DNA from: Lepidodermella squamata | Taxonomy: Eukaryota > Animalia > Gastrotricha | Assembly (NCBI GenBank): GCA_047495785.1 | Contig: JBLDXI010000031.1 | Span: 1,984,001 to 2,048,000, forward strand | Direction of reading: 5' to 3' | Length of the DNA stretch: 64,000 bases | Shown: positions 34,901 to 48,680 of the stretch, piece by piece | How positions within the stretch are numbered: position 1 is the stretch's first letter | Layout of the letters: each line of letters starts with the position of its first letter | The notes under the pieces: generated by a model | The model's input: the letters and a program-made list of their open reading frames with translations, nothing else | What the model was told of the DNA's origin: nothing | Databases searched by the model: none | Position numbers and translations under genes: made by a program

Positions 34901-35804
34901 AGCCGCAGAAGGCTGGAATCGTTGTGCTCAGCCCTTGTACGTACCGCAGCTATGCGGAAACGGGCTGAAACCAGGTAAACCATGCACATTTGCGCTTCAT
35001 TCGATAGCGGCAGCAAGCGCAAACACGTTCGCAGCCGATACGCGCATATTCCGGGTGACCGATATTTCGCTGGAAGCCATAACAGGCTGAAACCGCTGTT
35101 TTCGCCACTTGCCCGTGTCGCCGCGGTTCGGCATCGTGCCCAACCAGTGCAAATCACTCATGTTCGTGTGTCATTCGTTTGTGGCAGCAACGCCATGCAC
35201 GTTTGCAGGCGATTCGGGCACATCTCAGGTGACGCCTATTTCGCTGCAAGCCGCAGAAGGCTGGAATCGTTGTGCTCAGCCCATGTGCGTACCGCAGCTA
35301 TGCGGAAACGGACTGAAACCAGGTAAACCATGCACATTCGCGCTTCATTCGATAGCGGCAGCAAGCGCAAACACGTTTGCAGCCGATACGCGCATATTTC
35401 TGATGACCGATATTTCGCTGGCAGCCATAACAGGCTGAAACCGCTGTTTTCGCCACTTGCCCGTGTCGCCGCGGTTCGGCATCGTGCCCAACCAGTGCAA
35501 ATCACTCATGTTCGTGTGTCATTCGTTTGTGGCAGCAACGCCATGCACGTTTGCAGGCGATTCGGGCACATCTCAGGTGACGCCTATTTCGCTGCGAGCC
35601 GCAGAAGGCTGGAATCGTTGTGCTCAGCCCTTGTACGTACCGCAGCTATGCGGAAACGGACTGAAACCAGGTAAACCATGCACATTCGCGCTTTATTCGA
35701 TAGCGGCAGCAAGCGCAAACACGTTTGCAGCCGATACGCGCATATTTCGGGTGACCGATATTTCGCTGGAAGCCATAACAGGCTGAAACCGCTGTTTTCG
35801 CCAC

Positions 35805-37892
35805 TTGCCCGTGTCGCCGCGGTCCGGCATCGTGCCCAACCAGTGCAAATCACTCATGTTCGTGTGTCATTCGTTTGTGGCAGCAACGCCATGCACGTTT
35901 GCAGGCGATTCGGGCACATCTCAGGTGACGCCTATTTCGCTGCGAGCCGCAGAAGGCTGGAATCGTTGTGCTCAGCCCTTGTACGTACCGCAGCTATGCG
36001 GAAACGGACTGAAACCAGGTAAACCATGCACATTCGCGCTTTATTCGATAGCGGCAGCAAGCGCAAACACGTTTGCAGCCGATACGCGCATATTTCGGGT
36101 GACCGATATTTCGCTGGAAGCCATAACAGGCTGAAACCGCTGTTTTCGCCACTTGCCCGTGTCGCCGCGGTCCGGCATCGTGCCCAACCAGTGCAAATCA
36201 CTCATGTTCGTGTGTCATTCGTTTGTGGCAGCAACGCCATGCACGTTTGCAGGCGATTCGGGCACATCTCAGGTGACGCCTATTTCGCTGCGAGCCGCAG
36301 AAGGCTGGAATCGTTGTGCTCAGCCCTTGTACGTACCGCAGCTATGCGGAAACGGACTGAAACCAGGTAAACCAGGCACATTCGCGCTTCATTCGATAGC
36401 GGCAGCAAGCGCAAACACGTTTGCAGCCGATACGCGCATATTCCGGGTGACCGATATTTCGCTGGAAGCCATAACAGGCTGAAACCGCTGTTTTCGCCAC
36501 TTGCCCGTGTCGCCGCGGTTCGGCATCGTGCCCAACCAGTGCAAATCACTCATGTTCGTGTGTCATTCGTTTGTGGCAGCAACGCCATGCACGTTTGCAG
36601 GCGATTCGGGCACATCTCAGGTGACGCCTATTTCGCTGCGAGCCGCAGAAGGCTGGAATCGTTGTGCTCAGCCCTTGTACGTACCGCAGCTATGCGGAAA
36701 CGGACTGAAACCAGGTAAACCAGGCACATTCGCGCTTCATTCGATAGCGGCAGCAAGCGCAAACACGTTTGCAGCCGATACGCGCATATTTCGGGTGACC
36801 GATATTTCGCTGCCAGCCATAACAGGCTGAAACCGCTGTTTTCGCCACTTGCCCGTGTCGCCGCGGTCCGGCATCGTGCCCAACCAGTGCAAATCACTCA
36901 TGTTCGTGTGTCATTCGTTTGTGGCAGCAACGCCATGCACGTTTGCAGGCGATTCGGGCACATCTCAGGTGACGCCTATTTCGCTGCGAGCCGCAGAAGG
37001 CTGGAATCGTTGTGCTCAGCCCTTGTACGTACCGCAGCTATGCGGAAACGGACTGAAACCAGGTAAACCATGCACATTCGCGCTTTATTCGATAGCGGCA
37101 GCAAGCGCAAACACGTTTGCAGCCGATACGCGCATATTTCGGGTGACCGATATTTCGCTGGAAGCCATAACAGGCTGAAACCGCTGTTTTCGCCACTTGC
37201 CCGTGTCGCCGCGGTCCGGCATCGTGCCCAACCAGTGCAAATCACTCATGTTCGTGTGTCATTCGTTTGTGGCAGCAACGCCATGCACGTTTGCAGGCGA
37301 TTCGGGCACATCTCAGGTGACGCCTATTTCGCTGCGAGCCGCAGAAGGCTGGAATCGTTGTGCTCAGCCCTTGTACGTACCGCAGCTATGCGGAAACGGA
37401 CTGAAACCAGGTAAACCAGGCACATTCGCGCTTCATTCGATAGCGGCAGCAAGCGCAAACACGTTTGCAGCCGATACGCGCATATTCCGGGTGACCGATA
37501 TTTCGCTGGAAGCCATAACAGGCTGAAACCGCTGTTTTCGCCACTTGCCCGTGTCGCCGCGGTTCGGCATCGTGCCCAACCAGTGCAAATCACTCATGTT
37601 CGTGTGTCATTCGTTTGTGGCAGCAACGCCATGCACGTTTGCAGGCGATTCGGGCACATCTCAGGTGACGCCTATTTCGCTGCGAGCCGCAGAAGGCTGG
37701 AATCGTTGTGCTCAGCCCTTGTACGTACCGCAGCTATGCGGAAACGGACTGAAACCAGGTAAACCAGGCACATTCGCGCTTCATTCGATAGCGGCAGCAA
37801 GCGCAAACACGTTTGCAGCCGATACGCGCATATTTCGGGTGACCGATATTTCGCTGCCAGCCATAACAGGCTGAAACCGCTGTTTTCGCCAC
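35805..37892. repeat. 3-mer higher-order repeat (1044 bp x 2)
   Basis: Units at 35805/36153/36501 carry the same diagnostic variants (GGTCCGGC, CTTTATTCG, CCAGGCAC, GCTGGAAGCC, GCTGCCAGCC) as units at 36849/37197/37545. Confidence 0.85.
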
Positions 37893-40800
37893 TTGCCCGT
37901 GTCGCCGCGGTTCGGCATCGTGCCCAACCAGTGCAAATCACTCATGTTCGTGTGTCATTCGTTTGTGGCAGCAACGCCGTGCACGTTTGCAGGCGATTCG
38001 GGCACATCTCAGGTGACGCCTATTTCGCTGCGAGCCGCAGAAGGCTGGAATCGTTGTGCTCAGCCCTTGTACGTACCGCAGCTATGCGGAAACGGGCTGA
38101 AACCAGGTAAACCATGCACATTCGCGCTTCTTTCGATAGCGGCAGCAAGCGCAAACACGTTTGCAGCCGATACGCGCATATTCCGGATGACCGATATTTC
38201 GCTGCCAGCCATAACAGGCTGAAACCGCTGTTTTCGCCACTTGCCCGTTTCGCCGCGGTTCGGCATCGTGCCCAACCAGTGCAAATCACTCATGTTCGTG
38301 TGTCATTCGTTTGTGGCAGCAACGCCATGCACGTTTGCAGGCGATTCGGGCACATCTCAGGTGACGCCTATTTCGCTGCAAGCCGCAGAAGGCTGGAATC
38401 GTTGTGTTCAGCTCTTGTACGTACCGCAGCTATGCGGAAACGGGCTGAAACCAGGTAAACCATGCACATTCGCGCTTCTTTCGATAGCGGCAGCAAGCGC
38501 AAACACGTTTGCAGCCGATACGCGCATATTTCGGGTGACCGATATTTCGCTGCCAGCCATAACAGGCTGAAACCGCTGTTTTCGCCACTTGCCCGTGTCG
38601 CCGCGGTTCGGCATCGTGCCCAACCAGTGCAAATCACTCATGTTCGTGTGTCATTCGTTTGTGGCAGCAACGCCATGCACGTTTGCAGGCGATTCGGGCA
38701 CATCTCAGGTGACGCCAATTTCGCTGCAAGCCGCAGAAGGCTGGAATCGTTGTGCTCAGCTCTTGTACGTACCGCAGCTATGCGGAAACGGGCTGAAACC
38801 AGGTTAACCATGCACATTCGCGCTTCATTCGATAGCGGCAGCAAGCGCAAACACGTTTGCAGCCGATACGCGCATATTTCGGATGACCGATATTTCGCTG
38901 CCAGCCATAACAGGCTGAAACCGCTGATTTCGCCACTTGCCCGTGTCGCCGCGGTTCGGCATCGTGCCCAACCAGTGCTAATCACTCATGTTCGTGTGTC
39001 ATTCGTTTGTGGCAGCAACGCCATGCACGTTTGCAGGCGATTCGGGCACATCTCAGGTGACGCCTATTTCGCTGCAAGCCGCAGAAGGCTGGAATCGTTG
39101 TGCTCAGCCCTTGTACGTACCGCAGCTATGCGGAAACGGGCTGAAACCAGGTAAACCATGCACATTCGCGCTTCTTTCGATAGCGGCAGCAAGCGCAAAC
39201 ACGTTTGCAGCCGATACGCGCATATTCCGGATGACCGATATTTCGCTGCCAGCCATAACAGGCTGAAACCGCTGTTTTCGCCACTTGCCCGTGTCGCCGC
39301 GGTTCGGCATCGTGCCCAACCAGTGCTAATCACTCATGTTCGTGTGTCATTCGTTTGTGGCAGCAACGCCATGCACGTTTGCAGGCGATTCGGGCACATC
39401 TCAGGTGACGCCTATTTCGCTGCGAGCCGCAGAAGGCTGGAATCGTTGTGCTCAGCCCTTGTACGTACCGCAGCTATGCGGAAACGGACTGAAACCAGGT
39501 AAACCAGGCACATTCGCGCTTCATTCGATAGCGGCAGCAAGCGCAAACACGTTTGCAGCCGATACGCGCATATTCCGGATGACCGATATTTCGCTGCCAG
39601 CCATAACAGGCTGAAACCGCTGTTTTCGCCACTTGCCCGTGTCGCCGCGGTTCGGCATCGTGCCCAACCAGTGCTAATCACTCATGTTCGTGTGTCATTC
39701 GTTTGTGGCAGCAACGCCATGCACGTTTGCAGGCGATTCGGGCACATCTCAGGTGACGCCTATTTCGCTGCAAGCCGCAGAAGGCTGGAATCGTTGTGTT
39801 CAGCCCTTGTACGTACCGCAGCTATGCGGAAACGGACTGAAACCAGGTAAACCATGCACATTCGCGCTTCATTCGATAGCGGCAGCAAGCGCAAACACGT
39901 TTGCAGCCGATACGCGCATATTCCGGATGACCGATATTTCGCTGCCAGCCATAACAGGCTGAAACCGCTGATTTCGCCACTTGCCCGTGTCGCCGCGGTT
40001 CGGCATCGTGCCCAACCAGTGCAAATCACTCATGTTCGTGTGTCATTCGTTTGTGGCAGCAACGCCGTGCACGTTTGCAGGCGATTCGGGCACATCTCAG
40101 GTGACGCCTATTTCGCTGCGAGCCGCAGAAGGCTGGAATCGTTGTGCTCAGCCCTTGTACGTACCGCAGCTATGCGGAAACGGACTGAAACCAGGTAAAC
40201 CAGGCACATTCGCGCTTCATTCGATAGCGGCAGCAAGCGCAAACACGTTTGCAGCCGATACGCGCATATTCCGGATGACCGATATTTCGCTGCCAGCCAT
40301 AACAGGCTGAAACCGCTGTTTTCGCCACTTGCCCGTGTCGCCGCGGTTCGGCATCGTGCCCAACCAGTGCTAATCACTCATGTTCGTGTGTCATTCGTTT
40401 GTGGCAGCAACGCCATGCACGTTTGCAGGCGATTCGGGCACATCTCAGGTGACGCCTATTTCGCTGCAAGCCGCAGAAGGCTGGAATCGTTGTGTTCAGC
40501 TCTTGTACGTACCGCAGCTATGCGGAAACGGGCTGAAACCAGGTTAACCATGCACATTCGCGCTTCATTCGATAGCGGCAGCAAGCGCAAACACGTTTGC
40601 AGCCGATACGCGCATATTTCGGATGACCGATATTTCGCTGCCAGCCATAACAGGCTGAAACCGCTGTTTTCGCCACTTGCCCGTGTCGCCGCGGTTCGGC
40701 ATCGTGCCCAACCAGTGCAAATCACTCATGTTCGTGTGTCATTCGTTTGTGGCAGCAACGCCATGCACGTTTGCAGGCGATTCGGGCACATCTCAGGTGA

Positions 40801-43800
40801 CGCCTATTTCGCTGCAAGCCGCAGAAGGCTGGAATCGTTGTGTTCAGCCCTTGTACGTACCGCAGCTATGCGGAAACGGACTGAAACCAGGTAAACCATG
40901 CACATTCGCGCTTCATTCGATAGCGGCAGCAAGCGCAAACACGTTTGCAGCCGATACGCGCATATTCCGGATGACCGATATTTCGCTGCCAGCCATAACA
41001 GGCTGAAACCGCTGTTTTCGCCACTTGCCCGTGTCGCCGCGGTTCGGCATCGTGCCCAACCAGTGCTAATCACTCATGTTCGTGTGTCATTCGTTTGTGG
41101 CAGCAACGCCATGCACGTTTGCAGGCGATTCGGGCACATCTCAGGTGACGCCTATTTCGCTGCAAGCCGCAGAAGGCTGGAATCGTTGTGTTCAGCCCTT
41201 GTACGTACCGCAGCTATGCGGAAACGGACTGAAACCAGGTAAACCATGCACATTCGCGCTTCATTCGATAGCGGCAGCAAGCGCAAACACGTTTGCAGCC
41301 GATACGCGCATATTCCAGATGACCGATATTTCGCTGCCAGCCATAACAGGCTGAAACCGCTGATTTCGCCACTTGCCCGTGTCGCCGCGGTTCGGCATCG
41401 TGCCCAACCAGTGCAAATCACTCATGTTCGTGTGTCATTCGTTTGTGGCAGCAACGCCGTGCACGTATGCAGGCGATTCGGGCACATCTCAGGTGACGCC
41501 TATTTCGCTGCGAGCCGCAGAAGGCTGGAATCGTTGTGCTCAGCCCTTGTACGTACCGCAGCTATGCGGAAACGGACTGAAACCAGGTAAACCAGGCACA
41601 TTCGCGCTTCATTCGATAGCGGCAGCAAGCGCAAACACGTTTGCAGCCGATACGCGCATATTCCGGATGACCGATATTTCGCTGCCAGCCATAACAGGCT
41701 GAAACCGCTGTTTTCGCCACTTGCCCGTGTCGCCGCGGTTCGGCATCGTGCCCAACCAGTGCTAATCACTCATGTTCGTGTGTCATTCGTTTGTGGCAGC
41801 AACGCCATGCACGTTTGCAGGCGATTCGGGCACATCTCAGGTGACGCCTATTTCGCTGCAAGCCGCAGAAGGCTGGAATCGTTGTGTTCAGCTCTTGTAC
41901 GTACCGCAGCTATGCGGAAACGGGCTGAAACCAGGTAAACCATGCACATTCGCGCTTCTTTCGATAGCGGCAGCAAGCGCAAACACGTTTGCAGCCGATA
42001 CGCGCATATTCCGGATGACCGATATTTCGCTGCCAGCCATAACAGGCTGAAACCGCTGTTTTCGCCACTTGCCCGTGTCGCCGCGGTTCGGCATCGTGCC
42101 GAACCAGTGCAAATCACTCATGTTCGTGTGTCATTCGTTTGTGGCAGCAACGCCATGCACGTTTGCAGGCGATTCGGGCACATCTCAGGTGACGCCTATT
42201 TCGCTGCAAGCCGCAGAAGGCTGGAATCGTTGTGTTCAGCCCTTGTACGTACCGCAGCTATGCGGAAACGGACTGAAACCAGGTAAACCATGCACATTCG
42301 CGCTTCATTCGATAGCGGCAGCAAGCGCAAACACGTTTGCAGCCGATACGCGCATATTCCGGATGACCGATATTTCGCTGCCAGCCATAACAGGCTGAAA
42401 CCGCTGATTTCGCCACTTGCCCGTGTCGCCGCGGTTCGGCATCGTGCCCAACCAGTGCAAATCACTCATGTTCGTGTGTCATTCGTTTGTGGCAGCAACG
42501 CCATGCACGTTTGCAGGCGATTCGGGCACATCTCAGGTGACGCCTATTTCGCTGCAAGCCGCAGAAGGCTGGAATCGTTGTGTTCAGCTCTTGTACGTAC
42601 CGCAGCTATGCGGAAACGGGCTGAAACCAGGTAAACCATGCACATTCGCGCTTCTTTCGATAGCGGCAGCAAGCGCAAACACGTTTGCAGCCGATACGCG
42701 CATATTTCGGGTGACCGATATTTCGCTGCCAGCCATAACAGGCTGAAACCGCTGTTTTCGCCACTTGCCCGTGTCGCCGCGGTTCGGCATCGTGCCCAAC
42801 CAGTGCACATCACTCATGTTCGTGTGTCATTCGTTAGTGGCAGCAACGCCATGCACGTTTGCAGGCGATTCGGGCACATCTCAGGTGACGCCAATTTCGC
42901 TGCAAGCCGCAGAAGGCTGGAATCGTTGTGCTCAGCTCTTGTACGTACCGCAGCTATGCGGAAACGGGCTGAAACCAGGTTAACCATGCACATTCGCGGT
43001 TCATTCGATAGCGGCAGCAAGCGCAAACACGTTTGCAGCCGATACGCGCATATTTCGGATGACCGATATTTCGCTGCCAGCCATAACAGGCTGAAACCGC
43101 TGTTTTCGCCACTTGCCCGTGTCGCCGCGGTTCGGCATCGTGCCGAACCAGTGCAAATCACTCATGTTCGTGTGTCATTCGTTTGTGGCAGCAACGCCAT
43201 GCACGTTTGCAGGCGATTCGGGCACATCTCAGGTGACGCCTATTTCGCTGCAAGCCGCAGAAGGCTGGAATCGTTGTGTTCAGCCCTTGTACGTACCGCA
43301 GCTATGCGGAAACGGACTGAAACCAGGTAAACCATGCACATTCGCGCTTCATTCGATAGCGGCAGCAAGCGCAAACACGTTTGCAGCCGATACGCGCATA
43401 TTCCGGATGACCGATATTTCGCTGCCAGCCATAACAGGCTGAAACCGCTGATTTCGCCACTTGCCCGTGTCGCCGCGGTTCGGCATCGTGCCCAACCAGT
43501 GCAAATCACTCATGTTCGTGTGTCATTCGTTTGTGGCAGCAACGCCATGCACGTTTGCAGGCGATTCGGGCACATCTCAGGTGACGCCTATTTCGCTGCA
43601 AGCCGCAGAAGGCTGGAATCGTTGTGCTCAGCTCTTGTACGTACCGCAGCTATGCGGAAACGGGCTGAAACCAGGTTAACCATGCACATTCGCGCTTCTT
43701 TCGATAGCGGCAGCAAGCGCAAACACGTTTGCAGCCGATACGCGCATATTCCGGATGACCGATATTTCGCTGCCAGCCATAACAGGCTGAAACCGCTGTT

Positions 43801-46800
43801 TTCGCCACTTGCCCGTGTCGCCGCGGTTCGGCATCGTGCCCAACCAGTGCAAATCACTCATGTTCGTGTGTCATTCGTTTGTGGCAGCAACGCCATGCAC
43901 GTTTGCAGGCGATTCGGGCACATCTCAGGTGACGCCTATTTCGCTGCAAGCCGCAGAAGGCTGGAATCGTTGTGTTCAGCTCTTGTACGTACCGCAGCTA
44001 TGCGGAAACGGGCTGAAACCAGGTAAACCATGCACATTCGCGCTTCTTTCGATAGCGGCAGCAAGCGCAAACACGTTTGCAGCCGATACGCGCATATTTC
44101 GGGTGACCGATATTTCGCTGCCAGCCATAACAGGCTGAAACCGCTGTTTTCGCCACTTGCCCGTGTCGCCGCGGTTCGGCATCGTGCCCAACCAGTGCTA
44201 ATCACTCATGTTCGTGTGTCATTCGTTTGTGGCAGCAACGCCATGCACGTTTGCAGGCGATTCGGGCACATCTCAGGTGACGCCTATTTCGCTGCAAGCC
44301 GCAGAAGGCTGGAATCGTTGTGCTCAGCTCTTGTACGTACCGCAGCTATGCGGAAACGGGCTGAAACCAGGTTAACCATGCACATTCGCGCTTCTTTCGA
44401 TAGCGGCAGCAAGCGCAAACACGTTTGCAGCCGATACGCGCATATTCCGGGTGACCGATATTTCGCTGGCAGCCATAACAGGCTGAAACCGCTGTTTTCG
44501 CCACTTGCCCGTGTCGCCGCGGTTCGGCATCGTGCCGAACCAGTGCAAATCACTCATGTTCGTGTGTCATTCGTTTGTGGCAGCAACGCCATGCACGTTT
44601 GCAGGCGATTCGGGCACATCTCAGGTGACGCCTATTTCGCTGCGAGCCGCAGAAGGCTGGAATCGTTGTGTTCAGCTCTTGTACGTACCGCAGCTATGCG
44701 GAAACGGGCTGAAACCAGGTAAACCATGCACATTCGCGCTTCATTCGATAGCGGCAGCAAGCGCAAACACGTTTGCAGCCGATACGCGCATATTCCGGGT
44801 GACCGATATTTCGCTGCCAGCCATAACAGGCTGAAACCGCTGTTTTCGCCACTTGCCCGTGTCGCCGCGGTTCGGCATCGTGCCCAACCAGTGCAAATCA
44901 CTCATGTTCGTGTGTCATTCGTTTGTGGCAGCAACGCCATGCACGTTTGCAGGCGATTCGGGCACATCTCAGGTGACGCCTATTTCGCTGCAAGCCGCAG
45001 AAGGCTGGAATCGTTGTGTTCAGCTCTTGTACGTACCGCAGCTATGCGGAAACGGGCTGAAACCAGGTAAACCATGCACATTCGCGCTTCTTTCGATAGC
45101 GGCAGCAAGCGCAAACACGTTTGCAGCCGATACGCGCATATTTCGGATGACCGATATTTCGCTGCCAGCCATAACAGGCTGAAACCGCTGTTTTCGCCAC
45201 TTGCCCGTGTCGCCCCGGTTCGGCATCGTGCCGAACCAGTGCAAATCACTCATGTTTGTGTGTCATTCGTTTGTGGCAGCAACGCCATGCACGTTTGCAG
45301 GCGATTCGGGCACATCTCAGGTGACGCCTATTTCGCTGCAAGCCGCAGAAGGCTGGAATCGTAGTGTTCAGCCCTTGTACGTACCGCAGCTATGCGGAAA
45401 CGGACTGAAACCAGGTAAACCATGCACATTCGCGCTTCATTCGATAGCGGCAGCAAGCGCAAACACGTTTGCAGCCGATACGCGCATATTCCGGATGACC
45501 GATATTTCGCTGCCAGCCATAACAGGCTGAAACCGCTGTTTTCGCCACTTGCCCGTGTCGCCGCGGTTCGGCATCGTGCCCAACCAGTGCAAATCACTCA
45601 TGTTCGTGTGTCATTCGTTTGTGGCAGCAACGCCATGCACGTTTGCAGGCGATTCGGGCACATCTCAGGTGACGCCTATTTCGCTGCAAGCCGCAGAAGG
45701 CTGGAATCGTTGTGCTCAGCTCTTGTACGTACCGCAGCTATGCGGAAACGGGCTGAAACCAGGTTAACCATGCACATTCGCGCTTCATTCGATAGCGGCA
45801 GCAAGCGCAAACACGTTTGCAGCCGATACGCGCATATTTCGGATGACCGATATTTCGCTGCCAGCCATAACAGGCTGAAACCGCTGTTTTCGCCACTTGC
45901 CCGTGTCGCCGCGGTTCGGCATCGTGCCCAATCAGTGCAAATCACTCATGTTCGTGTGTCATTCGTTTGTGGCAGCAACGCCATGCACGTTTGCAGGCGA
46001 TTCGGGCACATCTCAGGTGACGCCAATTTCGCTGCAAGGCCGCAGAAGGCTGGAATCGTTGTGCTCAGCTCTTGTACGTACCGCAGCTATGCGGAAACGG
46101 GCTGAAACCAGGTTAACCATGCACATTCGCGCTTCATTCGATAGCGGCAGCAAGCGCAAACACGTTTGCAGCCGATACGCGCATATTTCGGATGACCGAT
46201 ATTTCGCTGCCAGCCATAACAGGCTGAAACCGCTGTTTTCGCCACTTGCCCGTGTCGCCGCGGTTCGGCATCGTGCCCAACCAGTGCAAATCACTCATGT
46301 TCGTGTGTCATTCGTTTGTGGCAGCAACGCCATGCACGTTTGCAGGCGATTCGGGCACATCTCAGGTGACGCCTATTTCGCTGCAAGCCGCAGAAGGCTG
46401 GAATCGTAGTGTTCAGCCCTTGTACGTACCGCAGCTATGCGGAAACGGACTGAAACCAGGTAAACCATGCACATTCGCGCTTCATTCGATAGCGGCAGCA
46501 AGCGCAAACACGTTTGCAGCCGATACGCGCATATTCCGGATGACCGATATTTCGCTGCCAGCCATAACAGGCTGAAACCGCTGTTTTCGCCACTTGCCCG
46601 TGTCGCCGCGGTTCGGCATCGTGCCGAACCAGTGCAAATCACTCATGTTTGTGTGTCATTCGTTTGTGGCAGCAACGCCATGCACGTTTGCAGGCGATTC
46701 GGGCACATCTCAGGTGACGCCTATTTCGCTGCAAGCCGCAGAAGGCTGGAATCGTTGTGTTCAGCTCTTGTACGTACCGCAGCTATGCGGAAACGGGCTG

Positions 46801-48680
46801 AAACCAGGTAAACCATGCACATTCGCGCTTCTTTCGATAGCGGCAGCAAGCGCAAACACGTTTGCAGCCGATACGCGCATATTTCGGGTGACCGATATTT
46901 CGCTGCCAGCCATAACAGGCTGAAACCGCTGTTTTCGCCACTTGCCCGTGTCGCCGCGGTTCGGCATCGTGCCCAACCAGTGCAAATCACTCATGTTCGT
47001 GTGTCATTCGTTTGTGGCAGCAACGCCATGCACGTTTGCAGGCGATTCGGGCACATCTCAGGTGACGCCAATTTCGCTGCAAGCCGCAGAAGGCTGGAAT
47101 CGTTGTGCTCAGCTCTTGTACGTACCGCAGCTATGCGGAAACGGGCTGAAACCAGGTTAACCATGCACATTCGCGCTTCATTCGATAGCGGCAGCAAGCG
47201 CAAACACGTTTGCAGCCGATACGCGCATATTTCGGATGACCGATATTTCGCTGCCAGCCATAACAGGCTGAAACCGCTGTTTTCGCCACTTGCCCGTGTC
47301 GCCGCGGTTCGGCATCGTGCCCAACCAGTGCAAATCACTCATGTTCGTGTGTCATTCGTTAGTGGCAGCAACGCCATGCACGTTTGCAGGCGATTCGGGC
47401 ACATCTCAGGTGACGCCTATTTCGCTGCAAGCCGCAGAAGGCTGGAATCGTAGTGTTCAGCCCTTGTACGTACCGCAGCTATGCGGAAACGGACTGAAAC
47501 CAGGTAAACCATGCACATTCGCGCTTCTTTCGATAGCGGCAGCAAGCGCAAACACGTTTGCAGCCGATACGCGCATATTTCGGGTGACCGATATTTCGCT
47601 GCCAGCCATAACAGGCTGAAACCGCTGTTTTCGCCACTTGCCCGTGTCGCCGCGGTTCGGCATCGTGCCCAACCAGTGCAAATCACTCATGTTCGTGTGT
47701 CATTCGTTTGTGGCAGCAACGCCATGCACGTTTGCAGGCGATTCGGGCACATCTCAGGTGACGCCTATTTCGCTGCAAGCCGCAGAAGGCTGGAATCGTT
47801 GTGTTCAGCTCTTGTACGTACCGCAGCTATGCGGAAACGGGCTGAAACCAGGTAAACCATGCACATTCGCGCTTCTTTCGATAGCGGCAGCAAGCGCAAA
47901 CACGTTTGCAGCCGATACGCGCATATTTCGGATGACCGATATTTCGCTGCCAGCCATAACAGGCTGAAACCGCTGTTTTCGCCACTTGCCCGTGTCGCCG
48001 CGGTTCGGCATCGTGCCCAACCAGTGCAAATCACTCATGTTCGTGTGTCATTCGTTTGTGGCAGCAACGCCATGCACGTTTGCAGGCGATTCGGGCACAT
48101 CTCAGGTGACGCCTATTTCGCTGCAAGCCGCAGAAGGCTGGAATCGTTGTGCTCAGCTCTTGTACGTACCGCAGCTATGCGGAAACGGGCTGAAACCAGG
48201 TTAACCATGCACATTCGCGCTTCATTCGATAGCGGCAGCAAGCGCAAACACGTTTGCAGCCGATACGCGCATATTTCGGATGACCGATATTTCGCTGCCA
48301 TCCATAACAGGCTGAAACCGCTGTTTTCGCCACTTGCCCGTGTCGCCGCGGTTCGGCATCGTGCCCAACCAGTGCAAATCACTCATGTTCGTGTGTCATT
48401 CGTTTGTGGCAGCAACGCCATGCACGTTTGCAGGCGATTCGGGCACATCTCAGGTGACGCCAATTTCGCTGCAAGCCGCAGAAGGCTGGAATCGTTGTGC
48501 TCAGCTCTTGTACGTACCGCAGCTATGCGGAAACGGGCTGAAACCAGGTTAACCATGCACATTCGCGCTTCATTCGATAGCGGCAGCAAGCGCAAACACG
48601 TTTGCAGCCGATACGCGCATATTTCGGATGACCGATATTTCGCTGCAGCCATAACAGGCTGAAACCGCTGTTTTCGCCAC

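Noticed and set aside
46038-48646. +1 insertion (~46038) and -1 deletion (~48646) as compensating indels
   Set aside because: Both are singletons in short homopolymers 2.6 kb apart and cannot be distinguished from sequencing error.
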